Source of the DNA: Malacoraja senta
Taxonomy: Eukaryota
DNA: 64,000 bases
Direction of reading: 5' to 3'
NCBI GenBank assembly: GCA_038087875.1
Contig: CM075988.1
Span: 12,898,001 to 12,962,000 of the forward strand
The translations under genes were made by a program, and so were the position numbers. The notes under the pieces were generated by a model, which saw only the letters and a list, made by a program, of their open reading frames with translations, did no database searches and was not told the origin of the DNA. Every line of letters starts with the position of its first letter. Position 1 is the stretch's first letter. This document shows, in pieces, positions 36,888 through 48,920 of this stretch.

Positions 36888-37218
36888 TCACTCCCCCTCC
36901 CATTCCGTATCCGACCTCTCTGTCCTGGGTCTCCTCCACGGCCAGAGCGAGCAACACCGGAAATTAGAGGAACAGCACCTCATATTCCGCTTGGGGAGTC
37001 TGCATCCTGGGGGCATGAACATTGAATTCTCCCAATTTTGTTAGCCCTTGCTGTCTCCTCCCATCCCTCAGCCCTTGGGCTCCTCCTCCGCCTTTTTCCT
37101 TTCTTCTCCCCACCCCTCATCAGTCGGAAGAAGGGTTTCGGCCCGAAACGTTGCCTATTTCCTTCCCTCCATAGATGCTGCTGCACCCGCTGAGTTTCTC
37201 CAGCATTTTTGTGTACCT
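36888..37218 (+). mobile_element. Penelope-like 3' fragment (GIY-YIG end + terminal repeat)
   Basis: RKLEEQHLIFRLGSLHP motif; terminal gaagggtttcggcccgaaacgttgcc; acctgtt repeated at both ends. Confidence 0.88.
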
Positions 37219-37419
37219 GTTCTGTTTGATCTTCTGTTTGTGCACGCCAGGTTGATTGCATTCATTGAAACAGGGTGGACCATGTGAAGGTTGCAACCTC
37301 CCACCCCTTTCATTCAATTAATTTTCTCTCTGTACAATCTTTTCACTGTTATGTACCAAATTGCTCTGTAATTTTAACCTAAGTTTAGTCTTTTGAATTC
37401 CAGATGTCTATAAATTTTC

Positions 37420-37622
37420 AGGAAAACCTCCCTCACCTGTGTTCGCCCATTACCTGCCATTAGATTTGTCCTGCCTCTCCTCTCTCCCAGCTTTCTTCCC
37501 CTTCCCCACCTTATAATCAGTCTGATGAAAGATCCTGACCTGTAACGTAACCGATCCATGTTCTCCAGAGATGCTGCCTGATCCATTGAGTCACTCCAAC
37601 AGATTGTGTCCTTCTGTGTAAA
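37420..37622 (+). mobile_element. Diverged Penelope-like 3' fragment
   Basis: atcagtctgatgaaagatcctgacctgtaacg...gagatgctgcctgatcc. Confidence 0.75.
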
Positions 37623-38249
37623 TTATGAGGAGCTCGATAAGTAAGAGCCAACTACCCTGACCTGTGCTTCAAATAAACCCTCAAATATGAGTGTAAAAGG
37701 GGGATTGAATTGTTTAAGAATTTGAGTTGGCAAGAATACGATACGATACGACAATACTTTATTGTCAGAGTGAGTCTGAAATTTGTTTTGCATCACAGAA
37801 GCTCCATTTACAGCATCACAAAAAAGACAAGAAAGAATGATTATCATGTTATAAGGAGATATTTTGTTTCATTTACCATTTTGTTTTGTAATACCAAGTG
37901 TAGTGCGGATGCTGCAAGAACTTCAAACATTGAGCAAACATTTCTGAAATCCATTGAGGAAGTGTATCATGATAAGGAGAACTGTTACCCAATATCAGGG
38001 TTTTACTGTTCCAGCTCACACTGCCAACACATTAGAAAGGCATGAGGCAACAAAAACAGAATGTGTTGGAAATACTGAGCAGGTTCAGGTAGCACCCGCA
38101 CAGTTAGAAACAGAATAATGGTATGGTAAAGTGAATTTCAATTTTGTATACAGTTCAGTACGTATCACCATACAGAAGCACTTAGATACATATTACATCT
38201 CAGATACAGTACAGGTGTATAGCAGTAGTCCTCTGAAACAGTATACAGA

Positions 38250-38380
38250 GAGAAGAAGTGTCTCGACCCAAAACGTCACCCATTCCTTTACTCCAGAGAT
38301 ACTGCCTGTCCCGCTGAGTTACTCCAGCATTTTGTGTCTATCTTCAATTTAAACCAGCAACTGCAATTCCTTCCTACACA
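38250..38380 (+). mobile_element. Penelope-like terminal repeat
   Basis: gtctcgacccaaaacgtcacccattcc...ctgcaattccttcctacac. Confidence 0.85.
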
Positions 38381-38435
38381 GTATACAGATTCACCAATTT
38401 GGTTCCATTTTCAAGTCCCAGTTGTTGTAAGAGCA

Positions 38436-38840
38436 GTAGACAATAGACAATAGGTGCAGGAGTAGGCCATTCGGTACTTCGAGCCAGCACCGCCACTCAA
38501 TGTGATCATGGCAGATCATCCACAATCAGTACCCCGCTCCTGCCTTCTCCCCATATCCCCTGACTCCGCTATCTTTAAGAGCCCTATCTAGTTCTCTCTT
38601 GAAAGTATCCAGAGAATCAGCCTCCACCGCCCTCTGAGGCAGAGAATTTCACAGACTCACAACTCTCTGTGTGAAAAAGTGTTTCCTCATCTCCGTTCTA
38701 AATGGCTTACCCCTTATTCTTAAACTGTGGCCCCTGGTTCTGGACTCCTGAACATCAGGAACATGTTTCCTGCCTCTAGCATGTCCAAACCCTGAATAAT
38801 CTTATATGTTTCAATATGATCCCTTCTCATCGTTCTAAAT
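38436..38840 (-). mobile_element. CR1 3' end
   Basis: (agacaat)n tail, ggtgcaggagtaggccattcgg, through tcttatatgtttcaat. Confidence 0.92.
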
Positions 38841-39240
38841 GTCCCGGCTCAGCAGGGTTCTTGACCTGACCACAAAGTTATCCAGGTGGCGCTGCAGGGT
38901 TGGCCTGGCTAAGTATAGCCATTGGTGTCCTCCGCCGCTGCTCCACCGCTCCGGGCCGCATGCGGTCCACGTGCTCGGCCTCTGGGATTGGTGCCAGGTC
39001 CAGCCGAGCCCCAGGCTGTTGCAGGGCCTCCAGCGGCCTACTCCACTGTCGAGGCACTGCATTCCCTCCTTAACGGCCCCACCGTCCAACTCCTTCCACT
39101 CTAGGCAGGAGAGCCGGGACTTCCAGGCGGGTTCCCGGTCTGCGGCGTGGGTCCTCGATCCACGACAGGCAATTGGGCCTTGTAGGTGGGTTCTGGTCTG
39201 CGGTGGGCAAGACGGGTGGGTCCTCCGTCGTCGGCGATGA
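38841..39240. other. Unclassified GC/CpG-rich ~400-bp segment, probably TE-derived
   Basis: Abrupt compositional shift between a CR1 end and an HE1 3' half. Confidence 0.45.
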
Positions 39241-39358
39241 GTAAATTGCCACCAGTGTGTCGGCAGTGGATGAGAAATCGGGATAACATAGAACTCATGT
39301 GAATGGATGATTGATGTTCAATCTAAACGGCCTGTTTCCATGCTGTATCTCTAAACTA
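39241..39358 (+). mobile_element. HE1-type SINE 3' half
   Basis: gtaaattgcc...gtggatgagaaatcgggataacatagaac...gcctgtttccatgctgtatctctaaact. Confidence 0.8.
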
Positions 39359-39931
39359 CTTCCACTCTGGTTTTGTCGATTCTGATGTGGCTGATCAGGC
39401 TTTGTGTGCCTATGGGTAAATAACACGGAATTGTTCCTCTTAAAAAAATTAGTCCTGGATTAAATTTTCAGATGTCAATGATACTTTGAGATCGATGGCA
39501 AACCATCATTTAGTGTGTGGCATCTATCAGACATTGTTACTTGACACAAGATAACAGTATTCAAAACTAGGATTAACTATGCAGTTTATAGGGCAGGTTC
39601 TTCAGCTAAAATGTCTTTGTGGTGGATGGGACCATAATTTGCCGACAAACGTCATTTAAAGTCATTTGTGGTCCTCAATGTCTGCCATTTCAATCGGTGG
39701 CTTCCAACCCAATTAGAGAAACCTATTTGCATACAGTTGATCTACAATACCTTTTTAATGATGATATAATTGCTCAACGCAATGAATTATTTCTCCTGGT
39801 CCCTATTTATTTTGCCCTAATTATATGATGGATGAAAAACAATTATCTCTTCAATATCTCCTGAATGGAACTCATTTCCATATTAATGAGACTCCACTGG
39901 CTGCAGATTGAAAGGCCAGGCCTATAATTGA

Positions 39932-40670
39932 TAAGTTTAGTTTGCTATTGGTGCTTGTACGGAGGTACAGTGAAAAGCTTTTGTTTGCATGCTATCAAGC
40001 CAAAGAAAAGACAATACCTGAATACAATCAATCATATCGGCCACAGGGCACAGATAAAGGATGTAGGTACGCCATTTAGTGCAAGATATAACACTGAAGT
40101 CTGATGAAGTCTGATAAAAGATAGTTCATAGATCTCCAAAAAGGTTGATGAGAGGTCAAGACCACACTCTAGTTGACGAGAGGGCAATTCAGTTGCTTGA
40201 TTACAGCTGGGAAGAAACAGTCCCTGAATCTGGAGATATGCATTTTCAAATTTCTGTACCTCTTGCCTGATGGACGAGGGCTGTAAACAAGGTGAGACTG
40301 GTTCTTGTTTATGCTGCTGAGGCAGAGTGAAATGTAAATGGAGTCATTGGAAGGGAGGTTTGTTTGTGTGACGGTCTGGGCTATGTACATAACTCTCTGC
40401 AATTTCTTGAGGTCTTGGATGGAGCTTTTCCAAAACCAGGCTGTGATGCATCCCGATAAAATGCTTTCTATGGTGCATCTGTAGAAGTTGGTGAGGGTTG
40501 CTGGGGACATGCCGAACTTCCTAAGCCTTGTAAGGATGTAGAGGCGTTGGGGTGCTTTCTTGGCCATAGCTTCAACGTGGCTGATCCAAGACAAACTGCT
40601 GGTGATATTTAATCCTAGGAACTTGAAGATTTTGACCATCTCTACTTTGGCGCCATCTATGTATACTGGG
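39932..40670 (-). mobile_element. Rex1/Babar LINE 3' fragment
   Basis: ORF 40169-40759: FKFLGLNITSSLSW...KKAPQRLYILTRLRKF...FYRCTIESILSGCITAW; Rex tail at 39932-39990. Confidence 0.92.
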
Positions 40671-41019
40671 ATACATAAGGAGGAGAACAGAGACTTTCCT
40701 AAACAAATTAAGCTCTGTGGGTATGGATCACAGTCTGGAGTTCTTCCATTATTTGACATTGATGGGCTTGATATTGAAAGACCTCAAACAACAGAAGGGT
40801 ATATTACCAAAGAAGCACATGAGCGGCAATGGTGTTATGGCAAAACAGATGGCCTAACAACCTACCTCTACTATGTATAGAAGACTATTTCAGAGAAGCA
40901 GAGATAGGTTGTTCTGCTAGTGTGGCTCAGATTTCCAAAGTAGGTCTGGGAAAGAGTAAATGACAGCACTGCTTCATGTACCTGTTAAGCTGCAACTCTA
41001 TATTGTTTATTTGAAGACA

Positions 41020-41230
41020 GAAGAGACTGCAGATGCTGGAAAATAAACAGCTGGAAGAACTCAGCAGGTCAAGCAGTATCGGTGGAGGCAGAGGGATGGC
41101 TGAGATCCCTCTGGTCGAGATCATGCATTACAGTGAGAGTGTGGAGGGAAGGTGATCAGTACATCTCAGTGAGAGGGAGTGGGTGAGACAGAGGTTGGTC
41201 ATAGGAGAACCAAATATGTTGGGGATGGGG
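41020..41230 (-). mobile_element. Diverged Penelope-like terminal region
   Basis: gagactgcagatgctggaaa...ctggaagaactcagcaggtcaagcag. Confidence 0.65.
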
Positions 41231-41989
41231 ATGTCGGGCAGTGATGGGCAGAGCGAGTAAAAAGGGTTTCTTCTCAAAATGTGAATGATTTGCTCTGTCA
41301 AACTTTCCGATGTTTGCAAACGCCCAAAGACAAACAGTTAAATGTGTGAATGAATTATCATGCCTCTCTTTGCATTGACTTTAACTAAAGGTGTTGATGT
41401 CTCTCGCAGCATCTCTGGAGAGAAGGAATGGGTGACGTTTTGGTCTACCTTAGATTAAAACCAGCATCTGCAGTTCTTTCTTACACTTTTGATGTTTCAG
41501 TTCTAGATAATTGCTCAAAACTTCCCAATGTGAATATTAAATTCTACTGAACTGTGTGTTGTGGCATTTTCACAGCTCGTTGTGGCTGAAGCTGAAATAT
41601 GAGAAATGCTGAAAAAATTAATAATGCAAAAAAGTTCCTTTGTGAATTAAATTAAACGATTAAATACTTGCAAAGTTTCTCTGACAATTGACATTTTATC
41701 CCAATTCCCAACGTATATTACTGAATAGATTATTTGGAATCTTTGCTTGTGATAAGATATGGACCTCTAATTGTCTTCCATAAGCTTCATTTAGACAAAG
41801 ATGGTGCGTAATATAGTTTATATCAGACAGGCAATTTATTTGATCAAATCATTTTAGGGATTCCAACTGATTAATTTTATTAATCCTGATGTCTCAGTAA
41901 TCTCATGCTGTGAAATGTCCATGTTGTTGCAGCAACTTAGTATACGGTGATGAAAATTAATGGAGTCGGTATAACTAACAATACTAGAG

Positions 41990-42378
41990 GTCCCCCCATC
42001 GCCTCAAGCCCTGTTCTCTTCCACCTATATCCATCCCTCTGGCTTTTCATTTCACTCATCTTCTCTCCTTATCTGACACCCTTTTGTCTACTTTGTCTCA
42101 TTTCTGTCTCCCATTCTCCCCTATTGTCACTCTGTTGTCTCCTTTTCATTCTAGCCTTTGTCCATCTCCCCTCAACTATATCCACCTGTCACTTGCCAGG
42201 CTTTGTTCTGCTCCCATCCCTTTTCCAGCTTTCTCCCCATGACCATAATCGGTCTGAAGAAGGGTCCCGACATGAAACGTCACCTATCCCTGTCCTCCAG
42301 AGCTGCTGCCTGAACCGTTGAGTTACTTCAGGACTTGGTTCTTCACCAAATTCCAGCATCTGCAGTTTCTTGTCTCCA
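41990..42378 (+). mobile_element. Penelope-like 3' region
   Basis: Pyrimidine-rich body, then ggtctgaagaagggtcccgacatgaaacgtcacc...ccagcatctgcagtt. Confidence 0.8.
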
Positions 42379-43104
42379 GAAGTTACTCATATGATTTGCC
42401 CTCAACCATGAATTGGTTTTGCACAAGTATTTAGAGTAGTCTAATCAGAGAGCCACAGAATTACGCTGCCCTTTGGATTCAATAAAAACATAGCATGAAG
42501 ACCACGATTGGAAGTTAATAAACAAGTTGTGGCATTAATTAAAAAACTGCTGTGAGTTCTTGCTCTCCTGTCTGATTTTCCAGAGGCCTTGCAATGAATG
42601 TTCTAACCTGATTCATAGATTGAATTGATTGAAAGATACAGCATGGAAACAGGCCTTTTGGCCCACAGATTCCATTCATGGTTAGCCCTTTGTGTATTTG
42701 GTCCTGATCATAGCTGGAGCAGAGGTGAGGAAGCACAGGTGTGTTTCCTCAGAAGGGAAAGGATGCATCAGCTCCTCTGGTGACATACCTCACCATCAAA
42801 AGCCAAACTGCATTAAATTGAGTTCCTTGCATTTGATGGTTGCAAATGATCAAGAGGTAAAGTGCATCAGGCTGTTGTTCATCGACAACAGTTCAGCATT
42901 CAACACCATCATACCCTCTAAACTTATCATCAAAAATTAGCAGTATGAAAATCACATACATGTGGTGACAATGAACAATTTGATTCAATTCCTTAATGTC
43001 GTGTCTTATAAGGTTTGTTGTTTCATTGCTTAATGTTGAATTCTTTGTTTCCTTCCAAGGGCATCACATTATTTTCGAGACACCAAACAATGAAGGGTTC
43101 TATG

Positions 43105-43280
43105 TGTTGGAAATAATTGCTGATGCTGGTTTGCCCCAAAGATAAGACACAAAAAGCTGGAGTAACTCAGCGGGTCAGGCAGCATCACTGGAGAAAAGGA
43201 ATAGGTGACATTTTGGGTTGAGACCCTTCTTCAGGCTGAGAGTCAAAGGAAAGGGAAACGAGAGATATAGAAGGTAAATG
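43105..43280 (-). mobile_element. Penelope-like terminal region
   Basis: gacacaaaaagctggagtaactcagcggg...gagacccttcttcaggctgagagtc. Confidence 0.85.
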
Positions 43281-43414
43281 AAGGATTCTAAATCATTTTT
43301 AAATCTATACAAGGCGGCTGCGAACAATGAATCGAGTATTTGCTAAATCACAGAACGAGGAACTATCTTGCAACAATGTTCACATTGCTGTATACTATAA
43401 TGTTCAGATTTAAA

Positions 43415-43800
43415 GCTTGCTCTCAGTAAGAAGGCTGTGAGTTTGAGTTCTACTCCAGAGACCTAAGCATGTAATCCCTGATGACACTCAAAAGTAGTAT
43501 TGAGTGCTCTTATCATCGGAGCTGTGTTTAGGATGTGGTATTTAAAATGAGGCCTTATCTGCTGTCAAGTAGTGGGTAGAAAGACTTTCCTTGTATTTGT
43601 TGAGGAGCTCTTATTTCCCCATTAGATTGGGCTGTATTTTTCCCTCAATTAATGTTCCCAGAAAACTCAGATCATCTGATTATTAGCTTATTGCCATTGA
43701 TAAGGGTGTGATGCCCCAAGAGTTGTCTTCATCAGAAGAATGAACAGGCTAGAAAAGTACTTCATTGATCATAAGGCCATGAAAAGCACTTAATCAATCC
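43415..43800 (+). mobile_element. Ancient near-full-length Deu-domain SINE (SacSINE1/AmnSINE-like)
   Basis: Collinear remnants: aaggctgtgagtttgagttctactccagagac / tcggagctgtgtttaggatg / tatttttccctcaa / agatcatctgattatt / aaagtacttcattg / catgaaaagcact. Confidence 0.6.
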
Positions 43801-44479
43801 TCTTCCCTTCTCTCCATCCCTCCCTTGTCACAGTTCCCTAGGTGTTGGTGACACAGGAGATGTTCTTGTATGTGACATAAATAAAATATCATTTACCGTG
43901 TTCTTGAACTCTTTGTTTCCTGTTGGGTGGGTCTTTATGTTTTTGAAAGGAAGAACAGCCTGTGGCTTAACAGTTCCTGGACAGTTACTTTTCATCACCA
44001 AGATTCAGAATGTTCTTTTTTTCCCACAACAGGTAATGTATCACCATTGTTCTTTCTGTGCTGTGTCTGTTTAATTTAGTTTGATTACAATGATGATACT
44101 TTTTTGAGAGAAACTTCCTGGTGTTTATAACAGAATGTGAGTGCGTTAGTTGTTCAATGAAATATTGCCATAAGTACGAGAGTGAGTTGTCTCCAGTTTT
44201 ACCTGAATTGCTGATATGACTTTGATTGAGAGACAAAACCTATTGAATAGATGAAAAGGTTCTTGTCATTTATCTTTTGATCAGTTCGTCAGAGAAGTTA
44301 CACCCTTAAACAGCTGTACAGTTTCAACCAGTGTTTACCGCTGTTGCTATGTTTCTTAATCTCAGGCAATTTTTGAGCAGACCTCCCTAGATTGACATGG
44401 GAGAAGCTTACATCAGACATAATTCTTTCCCCCATTCTTCTCATCTCGTAACACTGTGCCTAAATAAATAATTTACTTT

Positions 44480-44770
44480 ACCTTCGACTCTGGAGATACA
44501 GCGTGGAAACAAACGCTTCAACCTACCGAGTCCGTACCAACCCACCCCGTACGCGAGCACAATCCTACACACTAGCGACAATTTACAATTTACAGAGGCA
44601 ATTGACCTAAAAAACTGTACACCTTTGGAATGTTGGAGGAAACCAAAGCACCTGGTGAAAACCCACATGATCACAGGGAGAAAGCACAAACTCCATGCAG
44701 ACAGCACCCATTGTAAGGATTGAATATGGGTCTCTGGTGCTGTAAAGCAGCAACGCTATCGCTGTGCCGT
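44480..44770 (-). mobile_element. HE1-type SINE
   Basis: gagatacagcgtggaaaca...ggaggaaaccaaagcacctgg...tctctggtgctgtaaagcagcaac. Confidence 0.9.
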
Positions 44771-45327
44771 TAACTAAGTACGATGGTCATGCGAGTCTTA
44801 CTCACGGTATCTATCTTAAATTCTGGAACAGAAAATCCAGCGTTCAATTTTGATCAGTGTGAGCAGACTGCGCTGAGAGAAGTGCGACCTCCCACATTTC
44901 AGGAACCAAATGAGAACATCCTTCATGCATAGAACCAAGCCATAAAAGAATCCAACATTAAATGTGTCTGATCAGATACCTTATCAGAGACTTCAAAAAA
45001 GAAGTGCATGTGTATTGATCTGCAGTTAGCTTACACTTATTGAATGTGATGTAGCCAGCACATCAAATCCATCACACCTTCACCTGGCCAACAATGGACC
45101 TACCAGGCAACGCCCAGCCTGAGGTAATTTGTGGTTGGCCCTGGTCAGTCCTGGTCTTTTGTCGTCTACAGCTCTACACCTCCCCTCCTCCCTCACTCCC
45201 CTCCCCCTACTTTTAGTCTGAGGAAGGGTCCCAACCCTTCCTTTCAATCACCATCCTTTCTCTCCAGAGATACTGCCTGTCCCGCAGTATATTGTGTCTA
45301 TCAAATTCACCCGATTTTGGAGGTTTA

Positions 45328-45549
45328 AGGGCCTGTCCCACTTACGCGACCTTTACAGGCGACTGCCGGCACCCGTCATAGGTCGCCAAAATTTTCAACA
45401 TGTTGAAAATTCAGCGCCGACCAGAAAGACGCTACGAATCTTTGGAGACCTCTCACAACCATAGGAGACCTCTCACGACCATACAGGCGACCCCTGGCGA
45501 CATGTCGCGGGTGACATCTCACGACCATAGAGACCTCTCACGACCATAC
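45328..45549. mobile_element. Left half of the 7212-7609 MITE family
   Basis: TTA|AGGGCCTGTCCCACTTACGCGACC..., near-identical to 7212-7435; truncated by a PLE terminal fragment. Confidence 0.9.
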
Positions 45550-45660
45550 ACCTGAAACGTTGCTTATTTCCTTTGCTCCATAGATGCTTCCACACCCGCT
45601 GAGTTTCCAGCATTTTTGTCTACCTTCGATTTTCCAGCATCTGCAGTTCCTTCTTAAACA
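45550..45660 (+). mobile_element. Penelope-like terminal fragment
   Basis: cctgaaacgttgcttatttcc...ttttccagcatctgcagttccttcttaaaca. Confidence 0.85.
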
Positions 45661-45851
45661 CTTGATCGGACATTGCTGGCTTTACCTTGCACTATTATTC
45701 TATATTCCTTATATCCACTATTATTTCTTATCATGTATCTATACACTCTAAATGAATCTATTGTAATCATGTATTGTCTTTCTGCTTCCTGGTTAGCATG
45801 CAACAAAAACTTTTCACTGTACCTCCGTACACGTGACAATAAACAAAACTA
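45661..45851 (+). mobile_element. Rex1-type 3' tail
   Basis: gctggctttaccttgcac...ttttcactgtacctccgtacacgtgacaataaacaaaact. Confidence 0.85.
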
Positions 45852-45939
45852 TATTCATTGTATCCAACTGTGTACTCTGCAACGTGTCAAATTTCCTAAA
45901 ACATGAGGAAATGGAGCCGTTGGTAAACTGCTGGAACAC

Positions 45940-46120
45940 TGCATGCCTGGAAGCTTGAAGCTGTTCACTCTCTCCATCCCCGTCCCACCAGTGAGAACAA
46001 GCTCATGGACCTTTGACTTTCCCTTCCTGAGGTCAACAGTCAGTTCCTTAGTCTTGCTAACTTTGAGCATGGGATTGTTGTTCTGGCACTATTTCGATCA
46101 GATTATCGATCTCCCTCCTA
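45940..46120 (-). mobile_element. Rex1 RT fragment
   Basis: LKVSKTKELTVDLRKG...MERVNSFKL. Confidence 0.8.
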
Positions 46121-47122
46121 TCCCTCCCCTTCACAAGTTAAATGATAGTGATGCTTTTGTTTGCCTTATATTCATGTAATGTCAGCCTTTATTTTAGCAT
46201 TGTGATCAATCAGAGACCAGAACAGACAGCAACAGATGAAAGCTAAATGAGACCTGCTTTTAAATAGGGAATCAATAATTTAATCTGATGAATTGTCAGT
46301 TTGGTCAGAGAAAGGCTCCAATGTTACCTCCTATCCTTCACCTTGCAAGTGTAAGGCGTGATTGAGAGATTGTGTAGTGCAGAGCCGATAGCACAGCAAC
46401 TTCTAAGGTCCATTCTGCCGACCAAAGCAGAGATCATGCCTCATTCGATGTTTGAGCAGGCCATTTGCTTGTTCATTCAGGCGTACATGTATCATGGCGT
46501 ACATTACGCTCACACTGCCATATCCACATGAGCCGTCCTCCAGAAATGAGACCTAAACTGTCAGCAGGTAACCGCTCCCTTTGGCTGAGGGCCTAGATAC
46601 TGATGGAACTGTAGATGTCAGCATAATAAAGATACGTTGACTGCAGCCAGGATACTGAGTGATGCGTGATTATCCAGAGATGTTTACCACACCTAAATTG
46701 TATCGAGATCGCACTGGCAGTATTTATTTTACAACTTGAAATACCTACTACAAATAGTCCACACCTCAGCAGCAAGGGGGAAGGGAGGGTTGTTGCTGTC
46801 TCTGAGTATGGTGCCAGCTGTGAGATCCTCTCTCTGCTTTTATTCAACCATAGATTGTGCTGCCACACAGCACAATGGCAAAGTTGATCATCAATTTCTT
46901 TGCTGAGAGCTTCTCTTCAGCTGTGGAGTGTGGTCCATGTTTTCCGTGGTTTTATTACAGACCTCTACTGTCTTTTGTGTATGAACAGACAGAGTCTCTG
47001 AAGGTGCACGGGAGGGTAAGTGAGATAGATAGAATAGGTTCTGGAAACTGGCTCATGTCCCATGGCTTGCTTGTTGGCGGCGAGGGTCAGGGATGAGGTG
47101 GGCGAGAGTTTGAAAAAGTGTC

Positions 47123-47397
47123 AGGGTGGCACGGTGGTGCAGTGGTAGAGTTGAAGCCTCACAGTGCTCACAGCATCAGAGACCCGGGTTTGATCCTGAG
47201 TTTGGGTGCTGTCTGTATAGTGTTTGTACATTCTCCCCGTGACCTGTGTAAGTTATCCTCCCACACTCCAAAGACATACAGGTTTGTAGGTTAATAGGCT
47301 TGGTATAAAATGTAAAATTTGTCCCTGGTGTTGTGTTAATGTGCGGGAATCGCTGGTCACTGCGGTCTCGGTGGGCCGAAGGGACAGTTTCCGGCAC
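47123..47397 (+). mobile_element. HE1-type SINE
   Basis: gggtggcacggtggtgcagtggtagag head, ggtttgatcct B box, ggtgggccgaaggg tail. Confidence 0.9.
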
Positions 47398-47989
47398 TAA
47401 TCTGCACAGAGATCAGCACTGTATCGTTAAGTCTTGCATGCCCAAGGAAATCAAACAGCAAATGGAGATAAATTTCTGCAGGCTGTCATATTTGAGGTGA
47501 GTGCTCCAATGCCTCTCCCAACCAACATCTCCAAATGTCCTTCTGGTAAACTTACAAATCAGAGTGTAAAAAACAAACACTGGAACGTGTAATCTGCAAA
47601 GAAGTAGTAGTGAAGGGTCTCTCCGTAGGGTTCCTGCTCCTAACATGTTTGGAACATGGTTTTCTCATAATCAATACTGTTTTATCAGAGAGAGAATCAC
47701 AATATCATATGGCCTAATTTCCAGCCCACTAACTGGCACCAGTTACATGACCTTATTCTCTGAGCAAGAGACTACAGGAGTGTTTGTACCATCTTGTTGT
47801 GGCGAGTACTAATGTCTGTTGGTCTGATCACTACATAATTCATTCTGTAATCTCCCTCAATGTGTCCCCAGATACCCGCAACAACAGAAACACTGTCACA
47901 GAAACATCACTTTGAGACAGTGAAAGCGTTGTAATTTTCTGCGACATTGGTGTAGTTTTGTCAGGCCTTGTGGAGAATGGTGATGAGTG

Positions 47990-48920
47990 AGATTTGTGTC
48001 TTCCTTAGTGAAGACAGAACCAAAGTACTCATTTAACTGTTCAGCCATTTCCTTGTTCACTCGTCTCTGACTTTAAGGAACCTACATTCATCTTCACTAA
48101 TCTTTTCCTTTTTACCATACCTATAGAAACTTTTACAGTCAGCTTTTATATTTCCCGCAAGCTTTCTATCATGCTCTCTTTTCCCCCTCTTAATTAACCA
48201 CTTCATCCTCCTCTGTTGAGTTCTACATTTTTGCCGCTTCTTCTAGCCAATTTATAAGCATCTTCCTTGGCTATAACACTATCCTTGACTTCCCTCGTCA
48301 GCCAGGGTTGAGCCGCCTTCCCAGTTTTATTTTTTCGCCAGGCAGGGATGAACAATTTTTGGAGTTCATGCATTCAGTCTTTAAATCTTCACCATTCCAT
48401 CTCCACTGTCAACCCTTTAAGTATAATGTGCCAGTCTATCCTAGCCAATTCCCGTCTCACACCTTCAAAGTCTCCTTCCTTCAAGTTCAGGATCCTGGTC
48501 TCTGAATTAACTGCTGTTGTCCAAAGGGGCTTTGGACAACAAGATTGCTAACTAATCCTTCCTCTTTACACAATACCCAGTCTAGGATGGCCTGCCCTCC
48601 AGTCGGTTCCTCTACATGTTGGTTTAAAAACCCATCCCGTACACATTCCAGGAATTCCTCCTCCTCAGCACTGCTACCAATTTGGTTGGCCCAATCTATA
48701 TGTAGGTTGAAGTCACCCATGATCACTGCTGTACCTTTGCTACACGCATCCATAATTTCCTGCTTGATGCTATCCCCAACCTCCCTACTGCTGTTTGGTG
48801 GTCTGTAAACCACTCCAACAAGCGTTTTCGCAGTTCTACCCATACTGATTCTGCAGCATCCAAGCTAATGTCTCTCCTTGTTATTGCATGAATCTCCTCT
48901 TTAACCTGCAATGCCACCCC
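47990..48920 (-). mobile_element. CR1 ORF2 fragment (APE endonuclease region)
   Basis: ESVWVEL / VGVVYRPPNS / IMGDFNLHIDW / FLNQHVEEPT...ILDWVL. Confidence 0.93.

Noticed and set aside
46481..46567. 87-nt exon-like segment with one open frame
   Set aside because: Moderate splice signals and an unrecognised peptide; such matches are expected by chance in 64 kb.
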